Program-made: the position numbers and the translations under genes
DNA from: the human T2T-CHM13v2.0 reference genome, Homo sapiens
Assembly (NCBI RefSeq): GCF_009914755.1
Contig: NC_060932.1
Reading direction: 5' to 3' (one strand)
DNA: 64,000 bases
The notes under the pieces: model-generated
What the model was told of the DNA's origin: nothing
The model's input: only the letters and a program-made list of their open reading frames with translations
Database searches by the model: none
Shown here: positions 28,901-45,298 of the stretch, piece by piece
Layout of the letters: each line of letters begins with the position of its first letter
Position numbering within the stretch: the first letter of the stretch is position 1

Positions 28901-31900
28901 CTAATTATATTATAAAATTATGTAAATTAATTTTAATATGTGTTTTGTTTCTACATGATAACTAGCATTAATCTAAAACCTTTTAAGAGGTAGAAACTTA
29001 TAATCATCAGGTTTGTTTTTTCTTAATTTAAGTAAATAGCATTTTTGTTTAACCATACTGCTTCAAGGCCAAAGTTTCACTTTCATCTTACTAGTTCTAT
29101 TCCATGCATCAAGTTATTTTTTCTTACGTTTTTAAAAACCAAAAGCTAACCCTTGATACACATATCTGTCTTGATGATACTTCTTTTCCTGTTTCTTGGG
29201 AGATAAAATCTGTTCTATTTCTCAAATTTTTATTAATTTGATATTTTAAAATATTAGCAGTAAATCATGACGTTATATTTTAGGTGCATCTGTTTCACAC
29301 CTTTCATCATTAAAAATTAAAATAAACTTAAATCACATATTTACATGTGTCTGTGGGAGTGTTTACAACATTAATATTAAAAATATGCCTGATAAGTGAA
29401 TTTTGCAAAATACTGTTAAACTTCATATTTGCTTTTGTTTAGAGAGTAATATTTAAATGATATTACAAATAAACAAAATCAGATTATGTTTTTCAGAATA
29501 CAACCATTTAACAATTTACAATAATACTATACATGTGAAGGGCATAATAAGGGCTTATGCTGACAAGTTGGACATAAAATTGAGATCTGAGATTTTAAGT
29601 ATAAAATAGTACATAACACATCACAGGAGAAATAAGCAAAGTCATGTTGAAATACATAAAGTGTTCAGGGTCAATATAAAAAATTTATTTCAAGGAGATG
29701 CATTAGCAGTAGAAGTCAAAAATAAGTATTGGAGAGCCATGTTTTGGCAAGGATCACTGAAGCCCTGTCCAAAGGAAATGGCTTCACTGCCAATGGCTCA
29801 ATCACACCAGGTCCTCTGGTAAATCTAGTCCTCTCATATTCAGATGCCAACAAATATCTGGATCGTAAGACTTTCCTGCCCTGCTTCAGCAAACTTCAAC
29901 ATATAATTTGGCTTCCAATGTAGACCAGCTTAAAGGGAAAGATTGTGCTGGCTACGCTCCTGTAAATATGCATGCACACATGATAGCTCTATTTATTTTT
30001 GGAAATTAGCATATTGACATTCTGGTTTTAAATTTTTTGCGATGTATAATTTGAACCCATACTCTGATACATGCTAAGGGCTAAAAGTCATTCATTACAT
30101 AAATAAATGAATAAATAAAAGGTAGATCTACATGCATTGTTCTAATAAATTTAATATTGTGAACCTCTCAATGTGAAAGCCAGATCAAGTGAATTATTCA
30201 AGGTATAAGATGACAGGTGAAGCTTATTTGCAATCTGACTGCCCTCTTTTCCTAGAGGTACATCTACCTCATATAGTGTTTTTCCTCTAAACTTTTACTT
30301 CAATCATATCAATGTCTCTGAGAACAACAAGAACACTTTTGCATTTTCCCATAAATGAAGAGAGAACAATACACACTCTAAAAACACATAAATTTGGTGG
30401 ATCAAAAACACACACTTAAGTATTTTCTCTGCCAAAACCTAGCGTTAAAATTATTTTTAGATATAAATTTACAAGGTCAAATAGTAACTAAGTCTCACAG
30501 GACAGTAAAAGAGACACTAGAATAGAAGTTTGGAATTGGAAAGCAGAAGAAATGTGGGAACTCATTTAGCAAAAAGTAACACATTTTAAAAAGTTAAAAT
30601 CTTGGTATCTAAAACTAGTACTATAGGGAAGGCAGAGTAAATTCATTCTGAACTTCTAATAAGCCTGGAAGCAGGTGGCATCAGGGCTTCTGGAGACAGA
30701 AATGAAAGCTGCAATAAAGGCAGGAGAGCTGGCTGAAAGTCTAAGCGGTTAGGCCACCCCACAGGTCTCCTACCCACACCATCCAAATGAGTCATGGTGC
30801 CTACTCACACTGGCAAAAGATTGAAGTTCAATTCTCTGAAGAGAGTAAATCAGAGGATCTGTGGACTGGGGATACCAAACATGATTTGCAGTCAAGATCT
30901 TTTACTGAAAACAGCATTAAACATAGGCTTATAAACAGAATGTTCAGATCCCAGCCCTCTTTTATTATTCAGTCCTTAAAACTCCACTGCCAAGCTTATA
31001 TCTTATTAGAAGATAAGGGGAAGAAACCTTCTCTGGAGAATCTGATCGGTCAATGAGAAAATACATAAGCATCTTGACATTAGGTTTTCCCCAATAAATT
31101 GGCTGTTCCGCCAGCTCAGCTTGCAATCCATTTATTCAATAATCACTAGGCCCTGCTCACATACAGAAATTCTTGTAGGATTATTTAAGTGAAGTTCATT
31201 GAAATAAATTTGTATAAAATTGGGTCTTTCTAAGTGTACGATTCAATGACCTCAGACAAATATATACTGTAACAACCACCACCAATATCACAATATGAAA
31301 TATTTCCATCACCTCAAAAATTATCTTCTGTCTCCTTGCAGACAATCACCTCCTGACACTCTTGAGTTCTTGACAACTACTGATTTGTCTTTTGTCCCCA
31401 TAGTTTTTTTTAATAAATGTGATACAAGTGGAATCGTAATTTATGTATGCTTTAGTATCTGGTTTCTTTCAACAGCATAATAGTTTTGAGATTAATCCAT
31501 GCTGATGCATGTATTAGTAGTTTGTTCCTTTAATTGCTAAATAGTATCCCATTGTATAGCTATCACAGCTTAGTTTTCCATTGACCAATCAATAGAAATG
31601 TGAGTTGTTTACCGTTTTGTAGATATTATGAATAGTGTCTAATCTCCCATGAACATTTATGTAAGTATGAGTGCCTCTATATATACGTGATATCTTAATA
31701 ATAGTGTTCTGATATATTAAATATATATATATTTATTTATCTTGGATAGTACATAGTTGTAGAATTGTGGTGTCATATATAGTAAGTTTACTTAACTTTA
31801 AAAGAAACTGCCAAATTATTTTCCAAAGTGGTTGTATTATTTTGCCTACTTACTAACCATGTATGAGTATTCCAGTTGCTTCATATCCTTACCAAATATT

Positions 31901-32076
31901 GGCATTGACAGTCTTTTAATATTATCCATTTCACCTATATGTAAACTGTCGACTTATTGTGATTTCAATTGCATTAATTAATTTGATAACTTATGAAACA
32001 GAGCATATTCTCATGGGATCAATTGCTATCAAAATATTTTACTTGGTAAAGAATCTGCTGGATGTTTTCTTTTTGG

Positions 32077-32079
<3 letters not shown>

Positions 32080-32108
<29 letters not shown>
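32080..32108. repeat. (GT)n microsatellite
   Basis: About 14 uninterrupted GT units. Confidence 0.95.
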
Positions 32109-32110
<2 letters not shown>

Positions 32111-33384
32111 TTTCTTATTAGTGTCTTTCAAAGGGCAGAAATTTTTAATTTTGTTGTAACCCAATGTTTTAATTTTTTGTTTATGTGATTGGTATCTTCT
32201 TCATCCTAAAGAATACCATGCTTGCCTAACTCAAGATGCAAACGTTTTTTGTTTTGTTTTGTTTTTTTCTAGAAATTTAGCTTTTATACTAATTCTCTGA
32301 CCTGTTTCAAATTAATTTTTTATGATGACGTCAAGGTGATGGTTACGGTTCTTTTGTTTGTTTTTTGTTGTTGTTTTGTTTTGTTTTGTTTTTTACCCCT
32401 TTTTTTTAACCCAGCTTTATTAAGGTACAACTGCCAAATTCTTTGGCTTTATATTTCATTCCATGTGTCAGTTGTTAAGCCAATACCACACTGCCTTGGT
32501 TATTATAGTTACATAAGTATCTAAATCAGGTAGCATAGTGTGAATTCTCAGCTTTTTATATTGAAAATTGCTTAGCTTTCTAGGTCTTTTGAAATTCCAT
32601 ATAGATTTGTTATCTTATCAATTTTTATAGAAAAAAGGCTTCTAAAATTTTACTGAAATTGCACTAAATTTGTAGATCAACTTGCGGAGAATTGGTATCT
32701 TAATAATACTTAGTGTTCTGAGATGTGAAAACAGATCACCATTTACTTTACTCTTTTTAAATATACCTCAGTAACAGAGTGTAAATTTTAGTTTACTTGT
32801 CTTGCACATATTTTGTAAAATTTTCCTAATTATTTCATATTCATATAATATTCTAAATGACATTATTTTCATATTTTAATGTTTAGGTACTTCTTGCCAC
32901 CCCACATATTTTATTTTTGTATATTGATCTTGTGTCTTGTGAAATTGATAAACTTGCTTATAGCCCTAGTATTCTTTTTTTTATATGCCTTAGGGTTCTT
33001 CTGTATAGATGACCATGTCATGTATGAAACAAGATAGTTTCTGTTATTTTGTCCCAAATTTATTTTTCTTGCCACATTGAAAAGAAAAAAGCTATGTAAA
33101 TGCTTATGATCTCCATCACAAAGTTGAATAGAAGTGGTAAGTTGGTAAGTTTGGACATCCTTGTCTTATTCCCATCCTCAGTAGGAAAGTATTCAGTGCT
33201 TCATTATTACATATGAGGTTAGCTATAGATTTTTCTTAGTTGCCTTTATCAATTTGAGGAAGTACCAATCTTACTAATTGCTTAGAGTTCTAAATGTAAA
33301 CTGATGTTAAATTTTATCAAGTTAACAAGTTTTTCTCCATCTATTAAGATTATTATAAAGTTATCACTTTGTCATGTTTTGAGG

Positions 33385-33687
<303 letters not shown>

Positions 33688-35063
33688 TGTAGTGTTTTGA
33701 TATCATAAAATACACAGAATAACTTTCAAATTTGAATCAAACTTGCATTCTTAGGGTAAATTTTACCTGGTCAAGATGTTGTGAATCATTGTATTGGTTA
33801 TTAGTTGTTTAGTTTAGAATTTTCATGTCAATGTTCATGAGGAAAAAATAGTTGATAGCTCTCTTTTAAGGTCTGTATATTTGGTATCAGTAATGCTGAC
33901 CTAATAAAATAATTTGGAAACATGTCTTTATTCTTCCAGTTCTAAGATGAGTTCTTGTAGAATTGGTATTATTTCTTCCTTAAATATTTGGTAGATTTGT
34001 CCAGTGAAGCCACTTGGGCCTGATGTTTTATTTTTAGACATTTTTGGGTATTATGGTTTGTTAAAAAAAAATTGTTAGTTTGTGTCTTCCAAGGAATCTG
34101 GTCATTTTACCAAGTTGTTGAATTGGTTGGCACTAAATTGTTTTATGTTTCCTTATTATTAATGGCCTTAGAATCTATAGTGGCATTCCTTAATTTTGGT
34201 GACTTGCATAGTCTTTATTTTTTTCTTAATCCATCTGGCTAGAGTGTTCTTTCACTGTGAAATTTCTTCTTTGACTTATAGATTCTTGAGAAATGTATTG
34301 TTTAATTTCTAAGCATTGCAGATTTTTCAGGTATTATCTATAAATTTATTATTATTTATTAAATTTATAGCTTCATGTTCTTTTGCTCTGAGAACATACT
34401 TTGAATGGTTTCAACATTTTGAATATATTGAGATTTACTTCACGACCCAACATAAGGCCTATTTTGTGAATATCACAGTTACACTTTAAAATAAAGTTTA
34501 TTCTTGTCTTTTGACTTTAGCATACTAAATGTCAATAAAGATAACTTGATGAATTGTGCAGTTAAATATTCTGTAATGTATTATTTGTTTGCTTGTTTAT
34601 ATTGTCTATCAGTTCTTGAATACTCTATTTTGTTGATTTTTAAATTTTTTTTTTTCTTTTTGCTTTACTTTGTAGAATTTTCACTGACCTTTCTTTCAGT
34701 TCATTGATTTTTTTCTCAACCCTGTCAAATGTCATGATAATTACATCAAAGGTATTTTTCATTTCTGACATCATGTTTTTCATCTTTAACATTTTCTTTG
34801 CACTCTTTAATGAAGTTTCTATTTATCTGTTAAAATTCACCATCTGTACATGAAGGTATTTTACTTTGTAACTTTTCATCTTGCATTATTTAACATATTA
34901 ATGATAAATAATTATATTAAATTAATGATATTAAAGTCCCAATCTATAATTTTCAACCTTTTGGTTTTTCTCTGAGTCCAGATTTTTTGTTATCTGTTTG
35001 TTTTGTTTGGTCTGTTTTGCCCTCTTAGCAATAGATTCTACTCCTATGCTTTGTTTCCTTGCA

Positions 35064-35392
35064 CAGGTAGTCCTCAACTTACAATGATATGACTTACAAT
35101 TTTTTGACTTAACAGTGGTGTGAAGGCAATGAGGATTATGTAAAAAACATAATTCAAATTTTGTGTTTTGGTTCAAAATAGTTTATAATAACTTTACTAT
35201 AAAATAAGCTTTGTGTTAGATGACTTTGACCAATTATAGGCTAATGTAAGTGTTCTAGGTTTTAGGTAGGCTAGGCTAAACTATAATATTCAGTAGGTTA
35301 GGTATGTTAAATGCATTTTCTACTTATAATATTTCCAATTTAGGATTGCTTTATCAGGGTGTAACCCTATTGTGTTAGTCAGAGAGCATCTG
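35064..35392 (-). mobile_element. Tigger4 relic
   Basis: caggtagtcctcaactta ... ggtaggctaggcta ... gagcatctg; reverse orientation relative to the copy at 1902. Confidence 0.8.
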
Positions 35393-37918
35393 TATATCTT
35401 GTATTTTTTACTGAATGCCAGATGTTATACTTAAAATAGTAGATGCTGATTTAAATAATATTTATGCTCAGAAATATGCACATCTGTTCTGTTTCTTTCT
35501 ATTAGTAGAATCACTGTTGAGTCAATCAGTCTCAAGTTGAGCTGTGGTTGGATTTTTACTGTTACTACAGTTATTGCAGTGACTTCCAGTTTCTTCAATT
35601 GTAAGCTGCTACTTTTCTGTGCAGAATGTGACGTCTGAAATAGTGGGAGGTTTTTCTGAGTATTCACGTTGTACCCCAAATAGGCCCTATATAACTTTGC
35701 TACAGAAGTGTCTCTCTTCTCTTACCTATTCCATAGAAACAGGCTGCTTTTTCTTCTTAGTCATTATAAAAATAGTGGTATGACACTGAGTTTCTCAGTT
35801 CCCCGGTTCTCTTAGGAAAATCCTCAGCAATTGAGCTCAGAGGTAGAGTTTTGTTAGAATTCTCACTCTTCACACAGTGATAGTAGAATTCTGCTGTATA
35901 TGAGTGCAGGATCCTGAACCTAAGCAGATTGTTCTCTTACACCGCTCCTCTCCGATGCAGTAGCAGAACTCCACTGCATATTGCATATCGATTAGGGCAG
36001 GGCAGGGGGGAAGGTCATCAGCATGGGAGAAAATACGTGAAAGCAAGTTTCCTGTCCTTCCCCTAGTAGGTCATTCAAATTACATTGTCATAATCATAAA
36101 CCAAAATGTAACCTTTACTTATGACAAACTTGGTAAAATAATGATAGGTGGATGACATGTTTAAAACAATTTGAGATAAATTTCTAGTGCCTGAGCTCCT
36201 ACATCACTTAAATTATCCTCAATTTTTTTTAATGGTGTGCTCATTACAGTACTTGTTTCCTCAAAAAGCTTATGGAGTGTAATTTTTATAAACAATTGGT
36301 GCAATGAGGAGGAACAAAATCAGCCAACAATGCAATGTTTTCAAACACCAGCCTAATGAAAAATCTCAAATAATTTAATTGACAAAAATTCTGAAGGTAT
36401 TAGAGCTTGCCTCATAAACTGAAGTTAAATTTACAGTGCCAACGAATAAATGAAATTCCCAGTTGATAGCAATTATCATAAGGGGAAAAGCCACTGTAAT
36501 AGGTGCCAGTTGGCAAGTGGTACATTAGTTGGCAGTCTCTGTCAATGCCACAGACTGAATCGACATCCTTACTGAACTATCATCTCACCCATAGAGGTGT
36601 TCTGTATACAACATGGTTGACACATTTTTATAAGAGTACTGAAAAGCTCTTTTGCTATGCCTATTCAGTGTCTATTCTGTAAAAACATCATAAAAAATAA
36701 AGAGGATTTTGTTTCATTAAAATATATTTTATGTCTAGAAACACTGGCATATTTACTTTTTCAAATTTTATTGACAGGTACAATGTTTTTTAAATGTGCA
36801 TGTGTTACTACAAAAATAGGTTTGCCATTTAAAAAATATTTCTACTTTACTTACCCAGAAACCTAGGCTAAATTCATGCCAAAATCTCAGGAGCAATTGC
36901 TTATTTTATTGAAGTTAAAAAAACATTGAGTTGCTAAACTACAGAGAGTAGTTACAGTGTAACACAGTAACAGAAAGGCTACCAGCAGGAGGAAGAATTT
37001 AAGAAACAAGTTGACCCAAATGAACAGGCTCTAAACATAGAACAGCTGAGCTGCACCTTCCTAATATTGCCAGGCAGTTTCTGGACAAATGGGGAATATC
37101 CTAGAAGGAAGGACTTGCTGCCTAGTGGGTAAACTGAACTCCAGACTCACTTGCTGAACTCAAAAGAGACACTTTCACTGTGATTAATTGACATGTTTAA
37201 TATAAAGCCCATAAACAGGAGAAACCTTTTTACTTTACCAAGGAAGCATAAACATGCCATTCACAGACCATTCCATTCCAAAACGCACTTAATGCTGACA
37301 ATACTGCCTCTGAATCCAAACTTTACCTATGGCTAATCCTCAAATCTGTCTTTTGTACCTGGAGATAAATGTAATAAACATTGGGCAAGTTATTCATAGA
37401 AGGAGCTTGAAACTTAGTGTCATTATTTGTGGTTGCTTCCTGGATCTATGCATCCAAAATAATTATTAATATCAATTATAACTTTTATTTGACTAGCATT
37501 TTTTTCTTTTATGTTATTTTAACTTTTATATAGATCTATTAATATAGATAGATATTAATAATTCAAATATATATGTATACCAGATAAATTAGATTAAAAT
37601 GACTACAATGTGTATAAAATAAAATAAATAATTTTTCTTAAAGTGGTTATTCAGTTTTCTTAATTTTTTCTATGCATACAAAATAATCTATACTATACAG
37701 TATTCTATAAAACAAAATGGTTCTATAAATTTTCTATATTCTTTACAACAAAATATTCTATATTCTATACAAAAAAATGGTTGTATGTTGTTTCATAAAT
37801 TTTTTCACTCAACAGTTTTTTAAAAACATCTATCATGAAAATATTACACTTCCACAACATCTTTTTGTTGTTTACACAGTATTCCATTTCAAGAGTGTTT
37901 CATATTTTGTTAAATAAC

Positions 37919-39085
37919 TCCACATAATGAATTTTTGGTCAACAATGGACCACATTCTAAGACAGTGCTCCCGTAAGATTACAGTGGAGCTGAAAAATTT
38001 CTATCACCTGGGGATGCTGTAGCTGTCATAATGCTGCAGCGCAATGCTTTACACAGGTGTTTGTGATGATGCTAGTGTAAACAAACCTACTCCACTGCCA
38101 GTCGTGTAAAAGTATAAAACATATAATCATGTACGTAATACTTGATAATTATAATGAACGTCTAAGTTACTGGTTTATGTATTTAGTATACTATACTTTT
38201 AAGTGTTTTTTACAATATACTCATTCTACTTATGAAAATAAAGTTAACCGTTTAACAGCCTCAGGCAGGTCCTTTAAAAAATATTCCAGAGGAAGATAAG
38301 GTTGTTATGGGAGATGATAGCTCCACGTGTATTTCCCCTGCAGACCTTCCAGTGGGACAAGATGTGGAGGTGGAAGACAATGATATTCACGATCCTGGCC
38401 CTGGGTAGGCATTGTATTATGTGTGTGCCCATGTCTTGGTTTTTAACAAAAAAGTTTATAAATTTAAAAATAAATTTAACAAATTTAAAAATAGAACAAG
38501 TCTTACTGAATAAGAATATAAAAAATCAAAACCTTTTCGTGTAACTATGCAATATGTGTGTGTTTTAAGCAAAGTGTTATTACAAAGGAGTCAAAAAGTT
38601 TAAGAAATAAACATCTGTACAGTTAAAAGTTTCAAGTAAGCTAAGTTTAATTTATTAAGGAAATTTTTAAAATAAATTTAAGATGGCCAAAGTATAGTGT
38701 TTATAACATCTATAGTAGTGAATAGCAATGACCGAAGTATTCGCATTCACTCACCACTCACTCACTCAACCAGAGCAACTTCCAGTTCTGCAAGCTCCGT
38801 TTATGGTAAATACACTATACAGGTGTACTATTTTTCACCTTTTATATGGTATTTTCACTGTACTTTATTTGTGTTTAAATACAAAATACCTACTATTGTG
38901 TTACAATTGCCTACAGTATTCAGTACAGGAACATGCTATACAGGTTTGTAGCCTAGGAACAATGTATACAGTACTCTATACTATCTAGGTCTGTGTAAAT
39001 ACACTCTATGATGGTCTCATAATGACAAAATTACCTGACGATGGACTTCTCAGTAAGTATTTCCATTGCTAAGTAACCCTGTGTG
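37919..39085 (+). mobile_element. Tigger3b (Golem) DNA transposon relic
   Basis: ggtcaacaatggaccacat...ggagctgaaaaatttctatcacc...cagcctcaggcaggtcctt...; the 3' part matches the Tigger3a at 17013. Confidence 0.85.
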
Positions 39086-39311
39086 TGTATGTGTATGTGT
39101 GTATATGAACCTGTCTTTCACTAAAGTTTTGTATACATATTTGCGCCATTTTCTTGAGCTAAATTAATGAATTTTAAAAGGGATGCAAAATATAACTTGA
39201 AACTTTGGGTCTACATTCAAAATTCAAAGGTTACTAAAATGTTCTATTTATATGTGGATAATTATTTCTGTCTTTTAACTTTTATCCTTTTAATTATTTG
39301 TATTAAAGTTA

Positions 39312-39901
<590 letters not shown>

Positions 39902-41299
39902 TTAAAAAGTAAGCCAGGTAAGAAATGACCTTAGCTATTTAGCAGCTTGAAGAATAAGTTGTCTTGAACAGGCAGATATCCCAAATATACAAAAATCTTT
40001 ATGATTTGACATTTCTGGCAATTTCCTTCTTAAAATATATCACATCTATTTTTTTCTTGATAGCAAGCATAGTTATAAAGATACATGCAGACTAAATTGA
40101 AATGGTGCATATAGTTTATCTTTAAATTTATTGCAATGTTTTAAACATCTATTGTATGTTTGATGTTAGATGTTTGGAAACGTTACAAGAATGAATAAGC
40201 TGTAGCTGTCAAAATTGTTGCGATTTAGGAGACAGGTAGGGAAAATCACAAAACTATTGATACAAAGTAGAAATTAATAAAGAAAGTAAAAAACATTATC
40301 TTGATGAGTCACAAAAAGGGATTCGTTTTATTTGAAAGATTAGAATAAATTTAAAAGAGAAAATAACATTTATGAGAGCGTTGAAGAATGCATAGGATTC
40401 TGAGAAAAGAAAAAAAAAACGGAGATAAGGTAACCAGATCAAATGTTGGTCTCCCAGTTAAAGGTGCTACATTTCAGAGAAACAACAAATATTACTGATA
40501 CATAAATATGCCCCGTGCAATAAATGGGGCATACTTAGTGTGTTTTTAAATTTTTTATCTGAAATTAAAATTTTATTGGTGTTCTGTATTTTTATTAGCT
40601 AAATATGGTGACCCTTGAATGGAACAGTTACAGATACAGCAAACTATTATAAAATGTAGGAAGTTGGTGAAAAATGGGTATTGTTTTGAAAACCGCATGC
40701 CATTCAATGTGACCAACAAAGAGAAGCAATGCTGATAAATGGATGGCACTAGAAGATCTAGGTTCAAGTCCAGATTTCCACACTGGCCTGTACTTGCATG
40801 ATGTTAGACAAGTTGTCAAACATCCCAGTTTTGTTCTCCATTGATGAGATTATTTTTCATTATCCTCCTGATTTCATATAATTATGAATATTATGAGATG
40901 GGGATTCATGATCCTACTTGGAGGGTTATGAAAGTTTTATTTGATCTCTAAATTTAAAACAAGAGACAGCAAATAAAGTTTATATTTGTCACAAGCGAGG
41001 AGATAGTCAAAATATTTGGCAAAGACTGTGATACTGACCAATCAGAATAGATACAATAAATAATCTAATTCTTTTCTTCATAATCACATGAGCCTGTCTT
41101 GTCATATACCTGGCTGTCTCTATAATGTGAAACTGCCAGAGCTTAAGTGCAAAATCAGGAGCAAGAAAAAAAAAAAAGCTTACAATTTACCATCATAACT
41201 AACAGTGTTCTGATTTTATCACATCCCCAAAAGCTCTTCATTGGATATCTTTTAAACAATACTTATAGTTTCATTTTCTGATTGCAAAAATATTACATA

Positions 41300-42130
41300 T
41301 TTGTAGTGGAAAATTCAGAAATACAGAGAAGAAAAATGATATATTTGATTGAGTGGATAAATAAAAATGCTATTTTATAGAATTAACAATAGTTAAAAAA
41401 ATTTGGGAGGAGACTTGACACCCTAACAGTGATGACAACAATAATATATTCGCACACATATACACATACTATGCTAAAATCTACAAATAAATGGAAAATA
41501 ACATTTTAGACAATCAGTTTAATATACACAAAGGATAAGAACAGGAAATTCAAGGTAGAAATATAAATTATCAATAAATATATTCAAGGATGTTAAATCA
41601 CAGTCAAAGATATTAAACACAAATGAAAATTTAAAAAAAAAAACAATAGTTTATCTTAATATTATGAGATGGGGATTCATGACCCTACTTGGAGGGTTAT
41701 GAAAGTTATATATATATAAATATACAATGAAATAATCTTTGTTGTTAAATATATGGGGATATTGGCAGTACCTTCTCTTGGAGATAGGGCAAATTCTAAT
41801 ATCATTTATGGAGGATCACTTGAAGTATCTACAAAAATTTTTTAAGTGCAAATTCAAATAGTTGATAATACAAAACTCCATTTCACAGGAAAATAAAAAT
41901 CGTGTATAGACATATATGTAAGGATATTCTCTGTTACATTAGTTGTAATTTTGAAAACATTAGATACAGTCTAAACTTCTATAATAACAAAATCACAAAA
42001 TCAATTATGGCACATCCATATAGTATCATAACATGAAGGTAATAGAGACTGATATATAGCTATACATGCATTTCGTTTAAAAGGTGATTATGAACTATTT
42101 TACATAAAAATAAATTTATATCTATTAATA
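41300..42130 (+). mobile_element. Ancient L1 (L1ME-type) 3' fragments
   Basis: A-rich; caattatggcacatccatatagta and aggatattc...cattagttgtaat resemble L1 C-terminal coding remnants. Confidence 0.5.
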
Positions 42131-43476
42131 CATGTGTATCAAGATATATTGCATTATTATATGATATGTACTGACACTCATTATATATTGCATGAATATA
42201 TATTGCATTATTATTTTTAAAATAAGAAGTATATAATTGTGTGTGATTGTGTGAGAATGTGTCTGTTTGCATATGTAAAGTGAAATTTCTTCTGGGGCTA
42301 GAACACGAGGAAGGATAAAAAGAGAAAGCAGCAGCTTCTGGACACAATGAAAACAAAGTCTTATAAATGTGACATCTTTTTGGATTAAAGTATGCACAGG
42401 GACAGAATGTGAGAAAGAAGAGATTATCACAGATTTTTAAAGAAAAGAAGCTATCTGACGTTGTAAAAAGAGGCTCTTCCATTATGAAAAATGGATAAGT
42501 TTATATTAATATGTATGTGGCCCTAAAGAATGGTTGACGCCAGGGCTTTAAATTGAAGAGTTGTCTTCATAGAAATTATAGGCCTTGGAACTGATGAGTT
42601 TGTACCAGAGGAAAAAAAGTATTGAGAATAAAAGACTCATGAATTTATGAGTCATGGACTCAAGGTAGTCAAAAGTTTGATGAAAACTAATCTGATTTAT
42701 CATTACACACTGCTGCTTTCTCCCTGCAGGTAAAATTCAGATCTCACTGATAGGCTTTCCTCCTTTTAGAATGCAGATCTCTGAGGCATGGGACTGTATG
42801 TGATCCATAATGCTGAAGGCTGCCAACCAGCCAAGATGGATGACAAAACTTGGAAAGCACTCGTTTAGGCCTGGATCTCATAGTCCTCTTTATTTTATTA
42901 CGATTGGTATATTCTCTCATAGTTTATATGTATATTTACTGGCTACTTCATAATGATTCTTTCAATAATGAAAATATAATCCATATATAATTCTTCGGTA
43001 GTTTAGTCAAGGTTTGAAATGTCAATAATTAACAGGAAAAAAATGAAGGAAACACCTCTTGTGGCAACTTCTTCAGATTACCATCAGACTTTAAAGAGAT
43101 ACTCTAACCACTGAAATGGCACAGCTGAGTAATGACATTTCACCATATATTTCAGTACTGTATATTGCATTAAACCAAACAAGGATAATAATCATCTGAA
43201 CTAAGAAACTGTTTGGCACACTGAAGAGGGTAAACTGCAGACCTTTAAGTATTAGTAATTGAGCATATTTAAAAAATTCATGGTGAATTCCAAGTCTCCA
43301 TTTTGAGTGTTTATTAGGGTCCCTAGTTAAAATAGGAAACATAAAAAATACGTTAATTTCTGAAACATAGTCAGCTGATGTTGCTTTCTTGAAAGTCAAC
43401 TAGAGATTACCAGTAAACTATTTTTATCCTGAGCATACAGAGTTGGAGTGGGTGAGGGAGTTGGAAATGGAATTTC

Positions 43477-44702
<1,226 letters not shown>

Positions 44703-45252
44703 TAAAAGATAAGGTACAAGATGTTGGCAGTAGAAAAGTATAATCTAGTATTATAGACTGATATGGAATATTCAACTTAAACTACACAAATATCATATGG
44801 AATAGCTAATGTTACATTTTTTACTTTGCCTTGTCTTTGAGATTAAAAAACTTTTATCTGTTATTTCACTTTATGATAGTCAGTAGTGTTCTGAATCAAT
44901 CCCTGTTTCTTTCTAAACCTGTTGCTTTACAATTGTCTTTTCATACCTAGTAACAGTAATTGTAATTTGCTAGGACTCCCAACAGAGATTATTATTTCAT
45001 ACATATGTGTAATATATTTCCTATTTTAAAAGTAAACATTAGCACTAAATTCCTATAATGTCAAGTATTTTCACTGTGTATACATTAAAAATAAAGAGCA
45101 AAATTTGATATAATTTAACATAAAGGATACCTGCTTGCTGCATCTTACTTTATGTGATAACAACAAATTCACCCAGCAAGTAAGCTGTTCTATCATGCTC
45201 ATTCAAAAAACTTTGCTGTTCAACAAAGATATTATCTATAGAACTACCTTAT

Positions 45253-45257
<5 letters not shown>

Positions 45258-45295
<38 letters not shown>
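45258..45295. repeat. Pure A38 homopolymer
   Basis: Directly visible; no attached Alu or L1 body recognised. Confidence 0.95.
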
Positions 45296-45298
<3 letters not shown>

